Below, piece after piece: positions 37,301 through 48,950 of a stretch of DNA of 64,000 nucleotides. The position numbers and the translations under genes were made by a program. Where the stretch lies: contig JAYWIR010000038.1 of NCBI GenBank assembly GCA_036172245.1, positions 1,736,001 to 1,800,000 on the forward strand, in the 5' to 3' direction. Under the pieces are notes generated by a model, which had not been told where the DNA came from, made no database searches, and saw nothing but the letters and a program-made list of their open reading frames with translations. The first letter of the stretch is position 1. Each line of letters begins with the position of its first letter. Source of the DNA: Raillietiella orientalis (taxonomy: Eukaryota).

Positions 37301-38014
37301 AGCCTGCCGCCTCGAACGGACCGGCTGCCCGCCCGATGTCCCCGAGACAGGATATCGACTCGCGCTACGGAGGGAGAAAAAAATCCCAAATAGCGAGGGC
37401 CTCCTCCGTCTACTTCGCTATGATACAGCGGGATGGTTTCTTAATCTCATCCGATGGATGCGGCATCGAATTCCAGGAAAATGGAGAGAAGATGGTGGCG
37501 GGAAAAAGAAAAAAAAAAAGGAAAAAAAAGCACGGATCCAGGGAAGAACAAAAGGAAGAAAAGAAAAGATGAGGACGGAGGGAGCCTTCTTGGGAGAAGT
37601 GGCTAATCTTCCTGCTGCAGCAACCCGGATAATCTCTCTGAAATGAGCATTTCGCTGCCGGCCACTGGCGACCAAGTCCGCCCCTGATGATACCGGGATA
37701 CGGAGACGGTTTATTTCGCCGGCAAGGGGGGAGGGGGAGAGGGAAGAATTTCCCCCGAGCTTCGCAGGCGATGGTGGTGGCGAGATGGCGACCTCTCCTC
37801 CCTCTCACCACGTTCCTGGAGGGAACTGGAATTACCTGATTACCCGAAGCGCTCGGCTCGACGAGACGCCCGTCCGTTTTCGCAGCTGCCCTTCTCTCGC
37901 CGTGCTGCTGCTGCTGCTGAGGACACGAATACGGCAAGCGGGCCCCCCTCCCCCCCTCCAGCGATTGCAGCTCGGACCGAAGAGGCATGTGGCCGGACCT
38001 CCAAGGGAAAACTT

Positions 38015-39420
38015 CCACCCGGTCACGTCCCAGGGGCGTTCATTTAATAAAAGAAATATTTAATAAAAGCCAAGTCCCCAACCGAAGAGAGAAAAGTTCA
38101 AGGGGAGGTCCACCGGCGCGCAGATCAGGACATCTAAAAATAGGGAACGGATGGGAGCAGACAACAGATGAATAACAGAATGGAGAGAATGGGGACACCG
38201 GTCTTCAGTTAGTCCCATTCCTCCTAGAAAAAGAAAAAACCGGAAAAAATCCGGAACGGGTGAGAAGGTTACAGAAAAACCAGCATATAAATAAACAAGA
38301 GGTAGATAGGGCAGGGCTAGAGGTGTAGGCCGTTCCTTCTTTTCAGAACCGGCGCTGGATGTCGGCTATCTCCGCCTTGCCGCTGAGATCACCTCGCAGC
38401 CGTTCTCATGTGAGCAGCTGCCATCCCGGTGACTTCCCTTTCTCTGCGTTCGCGTCTCAAGCGCATGATCTCGAGGAACCGCTCCAGATAACACACCACG
38501 CGGTGGTGTGTCACCTGGAGCGGTTGCGGCACATCATCGCCATCACAGCGCCGGTCGAGAGTCCGTTGGAGATGAAGAACCGCCGCAGCAGGTCTCAGGG
38601 GGTGCCGTCCTGTTGCCGAAGTGTCGAAGTAGGCCTCCGCCACAGTTCTTGGAGGGCGCCGAAGTCCAAAAGCAGGTGCAGGATCAAATATGCCAACCCG
38701 GACCTGGCACATTTGGGGGATGCAGCTGCCTTAGAGACGAGGTGGAGGAGCTGATTGCACCGGAACCCTCCAGGGCCCGCCGAGGGAAGTCCTCGGCGTC
38801 GTAGCGATGGAGCAGCGAGATCATGGCATGGACCACCCGAGAAATCCCGTTTTCCCACCGATACTTCACAGGCATCGGAAGGAAGGCGCGCTCTCCCCGC
38901 TGCGACCTCTTGCACCGAGAGCGCTTTCCGAACGCACAGCCTCCATCGTCTGCACTCCGGCCCCGCCGGGGTTCGTGCCTAAGGGGAGACGCTTGCCTTG
39001 CGCTACCCTTGGAAAGTGGCTTCCTGGCTTCGCCCGCGTCGATCCCTGGTACTCCCGATTTCCAGAGTTGCCCCCCTCCCATCCCCTCGCTGCCCTCCCG
39101 GAAGCGCCTCTCTCCCCAGGCATGACGGACGAGTCGTTCGGTCGGATGAGGAAGGCAAAGGCGCACGCCGGCCAATGCGTCAGCCAGGAAGAGTTGAATG
39201 GCAGCTGTACGGCGCGTGCGGTTTCTTCCGAGGGAAATCAATTCCGTGGACGGAGGGAGAGTTCAGGGGTCTTCCTGATTGTATCCGACGTAGTAGGGGG
39301 CCTCCGACGCCCCCTTCCTCGGTAGGAACAAGCGCTCTTCCCTCTCTCTTGGATTTCCGAGCCCTTCCTCAATGATTCGAGGTCTCCTTCCTTTGCGGAG
39401 CACAAAAGAAACGACGCGCC
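38015..39420 (-). mobile_element. LINE 3' part (zf-RVT plus 3' UTR)
   Basis: 'SPKCARSGLAYLILHLLLDFGALQELW' (38595..38915). Terminal motif on the minus strand at ~38017-38045. Confidence 0.6.
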
Positions 39421-42171
39421 GAGGAATTTCAAGCACCTCTGACGGTGTTCCCGATGCGCGCGCGGCGCGGTGTGTGCCGTCTGGCGCGAGGTGCTCCCCG
39501 CGCCGGGATCGTGCTCGCAGTTCCCGTTCTTCGTTACGCGCCGCCTGCTTTTCCGGATGACCCCCGCAAGGAACCGGTGCGGAGCCGGTAGGGTTTCTGC
39601 GCTCGTGTGCAGCGTGCCGGCTGCACACGCGCATGCGCATGCACGCGCGCGCAACCCGCAACCCTCGTCGCGTTCCCCTTTCTCCTCGCGTTTCACCGGC
39701 TTTATCTTTCAAACAGGTGCTTCATCACAAGGTATCGCAGTGGCGACCTGAAATATGAATGATCCTCGATTTTGCCTTAGCTTTCTCGAAGATCACTCGA
39801 ATCTCGGTGAAGAATGATCGAAGAGGCCGAGTCTGCGAATTTTTCAAGAGGAATAATCAGATGATGGGATTCCCATGAAGCTCCGCAGCTCCAAGGAGCC
39901 GTTGCAGGCACGCGCTTCAAATAAATAAATCAACGTGCATACACACATGCATACATATGTGATAGGCGAAGACAAAGCTTCGCGCAGCTTGGTTTTCGAG
40001 ATAGGGAGGCTAGGGTGCGCCCAACGAAACCAGAAGGCATCTGCCAGGACCGAGAAGCTTCCCACGTGCGCACGATTTGCGAGATTCTCGAAAGTTCGTT
40101 GCGGGAATGAGCTCAGAAGGAACTGACGGCTCCGTCTGGCCGCGTCTCGGAGGCAGTAGCACGGTCGTTCTCTTCGAGAGAGCTCCTGCCGAAACCTCGT
40201 GCGAGTCTTGGGCGAGTCGGAAGTTCCCCCACGGCCGACCTCTTTTCCACGAGGTGGGGTACGCACAAGACAGGAGCGCACGTGTTGTTGCTGCCGTGTA
40301 GCGTCTCTTCCCTCACCGGACCCGCTGCTGAAATCGTGTGCTCCAGGAGGGGCACTTGGACACTGAAGCGAAACTGCCCCATCTGATTGGGTGGTTAGGG
40401 ACGAAGCTCTTTGACGAAACGCCAACATGGCTGGCCGTGCAAGAACGGTCTCGCGCAAGCGGACGGGGGATTGGGTGGTCTCCGGTACCTGCATGCGTCG
40501 TTCTGATGGAAGAATTGCGTGCCATCCTGCAAAGCATTAACGAACGCCAGGCACCATGGCTGTTTTCTTGGAAATATCCAAAGCAGCGTGGCAGGACGCT
40601 CCTGTCTGCACGTAGGGAATGATATGAAGAGCAAGTTGGATGCGATGGAAGCGAATGCCATCCCGCCGCTCCTTGGCTTACGTGCGCGAAGTGCCCCACG
40701 TTGGGCATGGCTGCTGCGACGACCACTGGCGTTGTGGAGCCCTCCAGCTTTCGTGGTCGAAAGAGGTGACCCGATGAGACGTGCGTTTGGGTCATCCGGA
40801 ACTGCTTTTGGAACGTATTGCAAGTGGCAAACAGGCAGGGCCATGGTTGCTGCTTGGCCAAGGGGGTAGTGGATTCCGTGAAGGGAAGTCAGTAGGTGAA
40901 AACGGGTGTTCACATGTGCGCACCCGGAGGCGTGCTTGAAGCGAGAGGAGCATGTAGAGGATCCCGACTTCGGGTGAAGCTGCAATCCTCCAGGGCCTCT
41001 CTCTCGTGGAAAGTCCTCAGGCAAAAAAAAGAAAAAAGAGATGGCTCCGACATCCGCGTGATCCTGAATAGCAACGCCCGAGTGTGTAAACTCTTACCGA
41101 ACCCTTGATTCATCTTCGGTCAATCATGGCGCGCATCTTTTTTCCCTATGGTCGCACGATGCACGGGGCACAGTTCGGTAAGTGACTAAGGGAAGAACGT
41201 CCGGACCGAATTTCGAATCGGAAACTGGGAGGAACTGATTTGGAGCTCTTCCGTTGCCCCACTCCACTGGTGGTACTTTAGGAAAGGAAACTCAGTTCCC
41301 AGAAAATTTCTTGTTTTTTTTTTCTTCAATGCAAGAGAAGAAAATTGTTAGAAACATGCCAATCGGCCTATCATTTTTTTCCTTCGCGACTTGCGCCGCC
41401 CTCGGTCACTGGAGGAGCTTCATAGGAAGTGTTAGCTTCTGCTAACACAACTCATTTGCATCCCTTCTCTACAGTCTTCACTGTACAAATTATACACTGT
41501 TGAAGGGCTTCATTTCACCTGGAGCCTCTTCAGGCATCAGCTGGTTGCAGTCGGACTCTATTTTGGTTAGGGATATTCGCGACGACTCTTGCAGAGAACT
41601 ACTGGCTGTTGCCGTCCCTTCCTGTGTCACCATGCAAGAATTTCCTTCAGTATATGGAACTGAGACTCTAATAGTTGGGTGGGTGTGGTTTTCAAGATCA
41701 TCGGGATCCATCAAAGCTAGTTTCTTGATCGCCCGTGGCTCTTAGGTAATGAGACCTCACGCAGCTTAAGGTGCAATGCTTGAGAAAACAGCCAGTAATT
41801 GCAATACTCTTTAATGGAACACATCGTCAGAGTAAGTAGATTGGGATCTCACTGTGTCCGAATGGGGCATTTCCATTCTCTGCTTAGAAATAAACAAATT
41901 GGGAACATGGGGATTTGGAACTCGTTAGCGTTTCCCAGGCGGCGCCTTTTCAGAAGGGAAGACTTGCGTAACTTTCTCTTCTGATATGAGTCCTGTGATG
42001 AGTTTGCTGGATCACAGGAACTCTGATTCCTTCCCTAACCTCTCATATTCAAATTCAAGTAGCCCACATGGAGCACTGTACCTTCAGATGAGTGGGCAAG
42101 CCTCGAACAGTCTCTTCTTTGGTGGAAGAAAAGTTCTGAAATCCTTTTTCCATTTCAAATTCAATGATTAT

Positions 42172-43130
42172 CACCCGGTTATGCCGGAGCATTTATTTAT
42201 TACAGGAAGCAATAAACATACATTGGTGTGGTAGTTGCTCTTGGTTCTACCACGTGCAGTGAACCTGCCGAATACCGGTTCGCAGACCGGCAGGTCCACT
42301 TCGGCAGCGTGGGGGAGGGAAAATAAAAAAAAAAAAAAAAATGTACACAAAAACAGGGGAGGGGAAGTTATACACGGGGAAGGGAGGGGGACCGAAAAAA
42401 AGATCACGGTACGCCGCCAGGCATCCTCTGTATTCTGCTCAGCATGCTGGCAAGTTCTGTCCGTATAGCGCTTACGTGGAGTAATCTCGAGGCGGAAGAT
42501 CCGCACCCAGTGGATGGCGTCCCTGCCATTTCGGTCTCTTCTCCTGGCGCTCCAGGACACGATGATCCCGCAAACCAAGAAGAGGACTTCGAGGGACGCG
42601 GCTGGCGTCAAAGCGGCACGCGCGAAGAGGTACCTGAAAAGGTCCCTGGGGCTGCCCTCCGGGATTCCTAGTATCCTTGCGAGTCGATTCCAAAAGGGTC
42701 GGAGGGCAGCACAGTCTAACAGCAGGTGCAGGAGAGGAGGTTCCTTCTTCCCACATCTGTCGCCCTGAGCGTCCACGCTTCCCCCATATCCAGTGGCTGA
42801 GGCGTGCTTTGCACGGGATCCCCTCATGCACCACCAGCAACGCCGACTCCTGACTCTTGAGAGGGAGGGCGCCACTGTTTCAGCACGCTGAGGGTTACTT
42901 CACCTTTTCCGGAGGGATGCCGAGCAGCTCTCTCCAGCGTACAAGTCCGTGGGGTGGGACACTCAGGTCTCAGTGTCCGTCACTTCCCGAGTTGTCCACG
43001 CCCCCAGAAGTTTTGTTTTTGCTGCTATGAAGCACGTTACTTCCCACCTCACTGGGGTGGCGCTGTCCCTTGAGTTCCTTATTGAGGGCATCTCGGGTGA
43101 TGGGAATCCTTTGGGGTTCTTCTGTTCTTC
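42172..43130 (-). mobile_element. LINE 3' end (zf-RVT plus 3' UTR)
   Basis: 'DRCGKKEPPLLHLLLDCAALRPFWNRLARILG' (42171..42875). Terminal 'ataaatgctccggcataaccgggt' on the minus strand at ~42173-42196. Confidence 0.75.
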
Positions 43131-43640
43131 TGTTTAAGGAGGACTCATGGAGCTCTTTAGCACTGTCCAGATCACTAGAGGGTGCGCGTAACTCTTCGAG
43201 CTAGGGGGTAACCAAGAGGGACTAACCCATGAATCTAGGAAGGAGCCGGAGGAAAGAGTCCGCTCCTCACACTCTTGGGAGGGAATCTCCTCTCTGGTTG
43301 TCTCCGAAGGGAACCCGGAAGTGAACTTCTTTGTTTTCTCCTGATGGACCCCGTATGGGAGGCCACTCCTTGTTTCTTCTCCGGAGAGAACCCGCAAGGG
43401 AACCTCTCCTTGCTTCTCCCTACTCTGAAGAGAACTCCGAAGAGACGCTTCCAGATTTCTCTTTATGGTGCTTCCCGAAGGGAGCAGCGCGCTTCTAACA
43501 CTCTGGAGAGGAATCAACCAGCTCCATGGTACGCGACGGAGGCTCACAAGAGAGGAAGGGCTCCTTGATGTTCTGGAAGGACCCCGGCGATTCCACTTCT
43601 AATCCCGACCAGTCAACGGAGGCATCCAGTTTCCACCAGT
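43130..43640 (-). mobile_element. SINE body fragment (head missing)
   Basis: Contains 'gacgcttccagatttctct...gaagggagcagcgcgcttct.acactctggagagg', as at 3800-3870. Confidence 0.75.
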
Positions 43641-43679
43641 GCCGCACCCTCCCCTTAAAGTGACAGGAGTCGGCACTGA

Positions 43680-44345
43680 TGCTGATGCACTGCAGCCTCC
43701 CGTGCAACGCCCGCCGGCATCAGTGGACCCGGGGTAGGCTTGGACCCGAGCTGTGCAAGGTGCGGGGAACGGGAGTCCCTCCCGCACCTCTTAGTGGACT
43801 ATGTTGTCCTCCGGCCCCTTTGGAGACGCTTTGCCGCGACCCTTGGAACCCTCGGCGGCAACCCCAGAGACATTATAAAGTGCCTCTTCCTGCGCGACTC
43901 CCTCTTGCAGGCCGCATCCCCAGCAGCACTATTCTGTTACGCGGCGAGACCGTGGCTGCATGGAGCAGCTCCAGAGGAGGCCAGAACGACAGAGAAGTCA
44001 TCTATTCTGCTGTCCTCTTCATGAGGACAGCGTCGAGATGGTCCCATCTGGGAACAGTGAAACAGGAAATTGCTGGCATCCTCACAAAGATGCAAAGGAC
44101 AATCTCCAGCACACAGTGATCCCTTCCCAATCCCCCCAATTTTTGTGATCGTATGTTTTCTGTTTTATTTTTTTTCTTTTTGTTTGTCTCCCCTTCCCCT
44201 GTGCTGCTGAGGCAAACCCCACTGACCTGCGTGCCGGTTTCTGAAAGATTCCTTCTCGTATTTAAAAGTAACGTGGCAAGATCAAACGTCCTGCCACAGA
44301 CATGTAGGTTTTATACATAAACGCCCCGGCGTGACCGGGTGTCAA
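43680..44345 (+). mobile_element. LINE 3' end (zf-RVT plus 3' UTR)
   Basis: 'DPSCARCGERESLPHLLVDYVVLRPLWRRF' (43740..44024). Terminal 'ataaacgccccggcgtgaccgggt' at 44317-44340. Confidence 0.78.
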
Positions 44346-44518
44346 CCAGTGCCGCACTCGAAGCCAACTGAGGTCAACCAGCGCTGTCCCGTGGGAAGGA
44401 CCCGAAACCCACAATGCACCCATTTCTTGGATTCGATTCTTCTCTGGACGGGATTCGAACTCGCAACGTTTGGTACGCCACTTGCGGAGACCGCAGCTAC
44501 ACGGCCGCCAACGCGGGC
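44345..44518 (-). mobile_element. SINE head fragment
   Basis: 'gggattcgaactcgcaacg...cacggccgccaacgcgggc' is the reverse complement of the family head. Confidence 0.75.
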
Positions 44519-44539
44519 CACTTCTTCCAGAGCACAGTC

Positions 44540-47500
44540 AGAGTGGTCAGCCTACTAGGGCAAAGCTTCAATCGTCTGGAGGTCTCGTTCCTCGGGATGT
44601 TCTCACTCTTTTCCTACTCTCATCGCCGCTTCCTCGATGTCACCAAACTTCTCCCTGCTGTTTCGTGACGCGCAACGAGGTTGTCCGTAGTCCGCAGCAA
44701 TATCAGGTGGTTGCCGCAGCCACTTTTTGCCATGAACACAAAACCTTGTCATGTTTGCCATCCTTGGAACCTTCAGTCGTGCTGAAGAATGCGCTAACCA
44801 GAAAGGCAGTCTTCTCAAGAGTTGAAACTTCAACTGTCCCTGGAAGCGCAACAAACACACAGAAAGCGGACGTCTTTTTGCATGCTGTTATTCCTGGAAT
44901 ACACGGATCGGATCGGATCAGATGATGGCCACGGTGGCGAATTTCTTTCGAATCAAACGATGCACTTCAAACATCAGATACAACGCACTATTACCAAACA
45001 AACAAAGATGCTTTTGTTGATTCGGACCGAACACGTTTCCATGATAAACACTGGCGCTTCGTCCTCGGGGATGACCTTCAGAGAGCTGATCGCCGCTTCC
45101 GTAACGGAGAAAGGCGAACTGGCGATTTTTAAACATGCAGATGCAAGAGTTGGATGAAGAAAACGCTCGTTTTTCCTTCCTGTGAAAGAGGGCATCACGA
45201 ATGAAAAACGGTCCCGAGAGCTGAAGTGGAACCCCTCCCGTGTCTGTGAAAGAATACAGCCAATTGGTTATCTATCAATAAGAAAATCATTAGACGCTAC
45301 TCGAATACATGTTAAGAGTGAAGTCATGTTCATCGTGACTGCTGATTCATCCGAAACCAGTGAAAGCACAGGTAACTCGAAAATGATGCGGTAGAAATGA
45401 AAAGATGTTATCTCCTCTGTTCCTCTGATGACAGCCTGCTTTGATGGATGCGCATTTTCGAAATTCTTCGCCGTTTCTCCATCGAATGATCAGGTTGCCT
45501 TGCTGGCTGCACCTTTGCGAGAATCAGAAAGCAATCAGAAAGTAGGTTTGTTCTTTTTCGTCGACCCTGACTTCGTAAGCACTGGGAGCATCCCAACGTG
45601 CTAATTGTCCTGTGAACGAAGCGTTGTTTAGTCCGACATCGTCGACGCCTCGAGGGCATTTCCATTGCACTCTTAGACACGATCAGCCATACAGTGATCC
45701 CTGTTATGAAGATATAATGTCGCGTTATTTGCAAACTCTTTGATAGGTACTTTTCATTTAAAAAATTGAGGTCATACTGACTTTACAGCAATGAAGCATG
45801 GCATCAAAGCGCCCGTTTGACGATCTGCTTATTTGACAGCCTCCTCCGCCAGCTAGCAGTACGTGAAGTCTACAATCAAGAATAATCGCCAGAGATCTTA
45901 ATAAGCCCAAATTATGTAAGGAGTTTCTTTTCTTCTCTCTTTACCTCTCTCTTTTTCTGCTCCTCCTTTGTCTGTCTAGGATGCTGCTCGAACTTTGTCT
46001 GTCTAGGAGTTCCATTCTTCTCGACCTACAAGCGATCCGTTGACTAATTGTCTCCCACAGCAAGATTTCCCGAAACGGAACGAATCCTTGTGAGGAAGCT
46101 GCTGCTTTGGAAATGGTGGTAGAATTTTAAACTTCTTCAGGGGATGCAGTGCAGAATATCAGAGGAGGCAGCGAGATCACCTACCTGGAAAGAGAGTGAC
46201 TCGGAATCCACAACCAGAACACGCAGCAAGATGGTTGCATTAGATTTTCGGCGATAGGAGGACACCAGTGCGCCTCAAGGCTCAACTCATGGAAGAGATA
46301 CGTTAGTTTCTTTCTCCCTCGGAATGGCCGGCGTTCGTCGAAGAGAAAGGAAGAAAGTGCAGTCTCATCCTGAAAGGTGGATCGAACGCCGCGTTGTGAC
46401 GCGCGCCCGATGCAGTGAGCTCGTCAGATCCGCAATGAGGGCGTGGACTCTTCCAGGGCCTCCGCTGGCTCAGCTCTTGCTCAGCTCCGGTGGTGGCAGC
46501 GCATCCTAGAAGTCTGAGGCTAGTGGACAATCAGACCTGTGATTACGACGCAGCCTCTGGCCCACCAATTCAGGAGCTCAGCAGCTGCAAGGTCCCCAAA
46601 ATAAGTTTTGTCGAAGTCTTTTCCCTCTTTCTTGGCATTTGTTTTGTCTGTCTGCTGCTCCATATCTCTATCCCGATGCGATCTGAGCCTCTGTCCTCCG
46701 ACCTCTGGAATCACGCTGAGCGAATGCCATCCAACGTATCCAGCAGGAGAAGGTATGTCCAGGCACTTCAACATCAGGAGCACACGGGATCCGGTTCGAC
46801 GGCCATCTTCGCTTCTCCAGTGAGAGCAGAAACTTCCGCTGATTTCCGCGGGGAATATTCTCTTCTTCCTCTGCGTCCTCGTGCCGCCTTGCTGCAGCTT
46901 CTTCCGCTGGGGAGGGAGGGAGCGGGGAGGAGGCTAGGAACTTCTCCGTGGGACTGCCAGGAGCTACCCTCGCCGCCCCTCACCCATCGACCCGGGCTGC
47001 CTGAACCGTCGGGGTGAAGTCGCGCGCCCCTGCAGTGTCTGCTTGCTTGTGTCATCGCAAACGAACCCTTCGGGGCGAGCAGGTGGTGAGCCTTAACCTC
47101 ACAGACAGCGGTGGCGGTGGACCGCTGTGCGAAACGCGAGGCGTCTCCCCGCTTAAGACTCTGCTTAGGTCTGAGTTTCGCGGCTATTCTTTTGCAGTTT
47201 CACCGTCTAGTCCAGGTAGATCTCACGGTTTTTTTTGCTTTTTTTTTAAGGGGGTTCGGGAGGGGGGGGGGGGAAGGGAGGATTTGCCAACCCCATCACA
47301 CCAACGGTAAAGGAGGCCTGGGAAACGTCGGTCGCCGGCAGCCTACGAAGCAAAGGGATGGCAAGAATGCGGTGCGCTTGCGAGCGGATTCTTCCTGAAC
47401 TCCCGAACCTGCTCAGGAACGTGCGTGGGTGCCCTGGGGATTGGCGCACCGGCTTGGGGACTTTTCCCTCTGCATCTTCGGAGGCTCCCGCTCCCACTGG

Positions 47501-48950
47501 AAAGGCGAAAGATGGCATCGGAACGGGATCCCGTGTGTTCTTGATGTTGAAGTGCCGGTAACTCATCGAGACTGCTCGGGGAGCCATTTGGATGATTGTT
47601 GTGTGTACACGCATCTCGCGCCGGAGATGCTGGAGCCGAGCCGCTGAATGGGATGGGAGCGACTCCCGGGAAAGATAACTGTGCCGTTTGCCGGTCCGCC
47701 GCGGCGTGTGGAACGCGTCGGCCCGCCTCCACGCAGGAAGTTTCCCTCCCGGACTCCGGGGCATTAGTGTCTGCTGCAAGGAGGCAATTCGGCGCCTGAT
47801 TATCCGACCAGGCACCCGGCTCCTCGCTCCAGCCGCCAGCGTCGAGACTGCCACTTCGAGGAGGCTCAGCTTCATCTGGCGACGAGATGGTGCCCTCAGA
47901 CCTCACAGAAGAACCTGCTGTTTCTTCGACCGAACGGGATGACGCTCTGGAGGAGTCGAGCGCGCTCACACCCCGCACCGCCTTGCTGCTGGTTCGCTCC
48001 GCTGGGGAGGGGGGATTCATGCCACCCCCTTCCCCATCGGCCCGAGTCTCTCGCTTCCTGAACCGTCGGAGGAAAGGCGCGCGCGCCCCATGGGAACTGC
48101 GCTTAAGGAACGCTCGATCTTCTCCCTCAAGGGGTCCTCGCCCATTTCTCTTTGGCGGAACCGAACGGCATTTCCCTTCCTGCTGCGTTCTTCTTCTTCG
48201 GGAGCTCTTCGGGAACTTAATGAACGTTTGCCCTCACCCTCCTCTTCCTCCTCCTCCCTTTAAAAGACAAATGGAGTCTGCGTTTATTTTCGGGATTCAC
48301 CTTGAAGCACCAAATGTAGCCGGAATTCTGATTTCGCTTTTTGAATGCTCTCGCCGACTATCCCGTTGAAAAATGATCGTCGGGAATGTTCGATTCATCT
48401 TACGGGAATACTCCGTGCCTCCCATTTAAAGCGCTGCTCCCCGAACCTCCTTCCTCTTCACAGCTGGAAGCGGCCGAGCCCGCGTTCGGTAGCGGAGCTC
48501 CTGGTTTCCACCCGCACCCTCCTTGACCTGTTAGCTTGCGGCGAGAACCCCGTTCCCTGTCGACTCTGCCTCCACCCGTGGGGCTCGAGCAGGGTTCGCG
48601 CCGCTTCGGGATACGCTGCCGCGCCAGCTGACCGGCCAGCCGCCCGGACGCGCGTATTCTTCGGAAAGGGAAGGAGAGGAGAAGCGAGCCTGAGATCCCC
48701 CTCTCCCCCCCCGACGGCATCCGCAGCGCGAGGGCAGCTGAAAGACGGACGGGCGGAGCCGTCCTGTCCCCCGCGTCCTCGAATACGCTCGTTGGTATAC
48801 GTCGCCGCTCTTTTTCTGGAACATCCCACGTCGACGTCCACCGGAAGGACCTTCCCGAAGGCATCTCTCCCGATGCTGCTCTCGAAAGACACCGGGAGGG
48901 AAGGGAGCCGATGGATGCCCTCCCTTGGGGAAACTGGAAAGGATGAGGGT
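44540..48950 (-). pseudogene. Roco module M4: ankyrin repeats - Roc - COR - CARD-like; decayed
   Basis: Ankyrin-like: 'AAAYPEAARTLLEPHG...GFSP' (48458..48892) and 'LTASGARHNA...RLHFL...GHSE' (46303..46530). Pre-Roc 'SPEEV' (~46140). Roc: 'HNLGLLRSLAIILDCR' (~45870-45915). COR: ORFs 44974..45198 and 44918..45136 ('HLCLFGNSALYLMFEV'). CARD-like: 'SREKFGDIEEAAMRVGKE' (44603..44860). Confidence 0.6.
46530..48020. mobile_element. Two oppositely oriented fragments, possibly LINE ORF1/gag-like
   Basis: ~46762-46838(+) and ~47478-47558(-) are diverged inverted copies ('RHFNIRSTRDPV' vs 'RHFNIKNTRDPV'). The resemblance to a decayed zinc knuckle is weak. Confidence 0.3.

Larger units (their letters stand above)
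32760..42170 (-). pseudogene. Roco module M5: ankyrin repeats - Roc - COR - CARD-like; COR shattered by a ~6-kb LINE cluster
   Basis: Ankyrin-like: 'CAHVNTRFHLLTSLH' and 'DDPNARLIGSPL'; pre-Roc 'PPNPPSACARPFLHGQPCWRFVKEL' (all ORF 40395..41024). Roc-like ORF 39844..40494. COR-end-like 'RCFRVSVGTDERKL' (~33300-33430). CARD-like 'SGYLLAEQ...RSENVARALGFLAAK' (~32820-32950). Confidence 0.55.
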
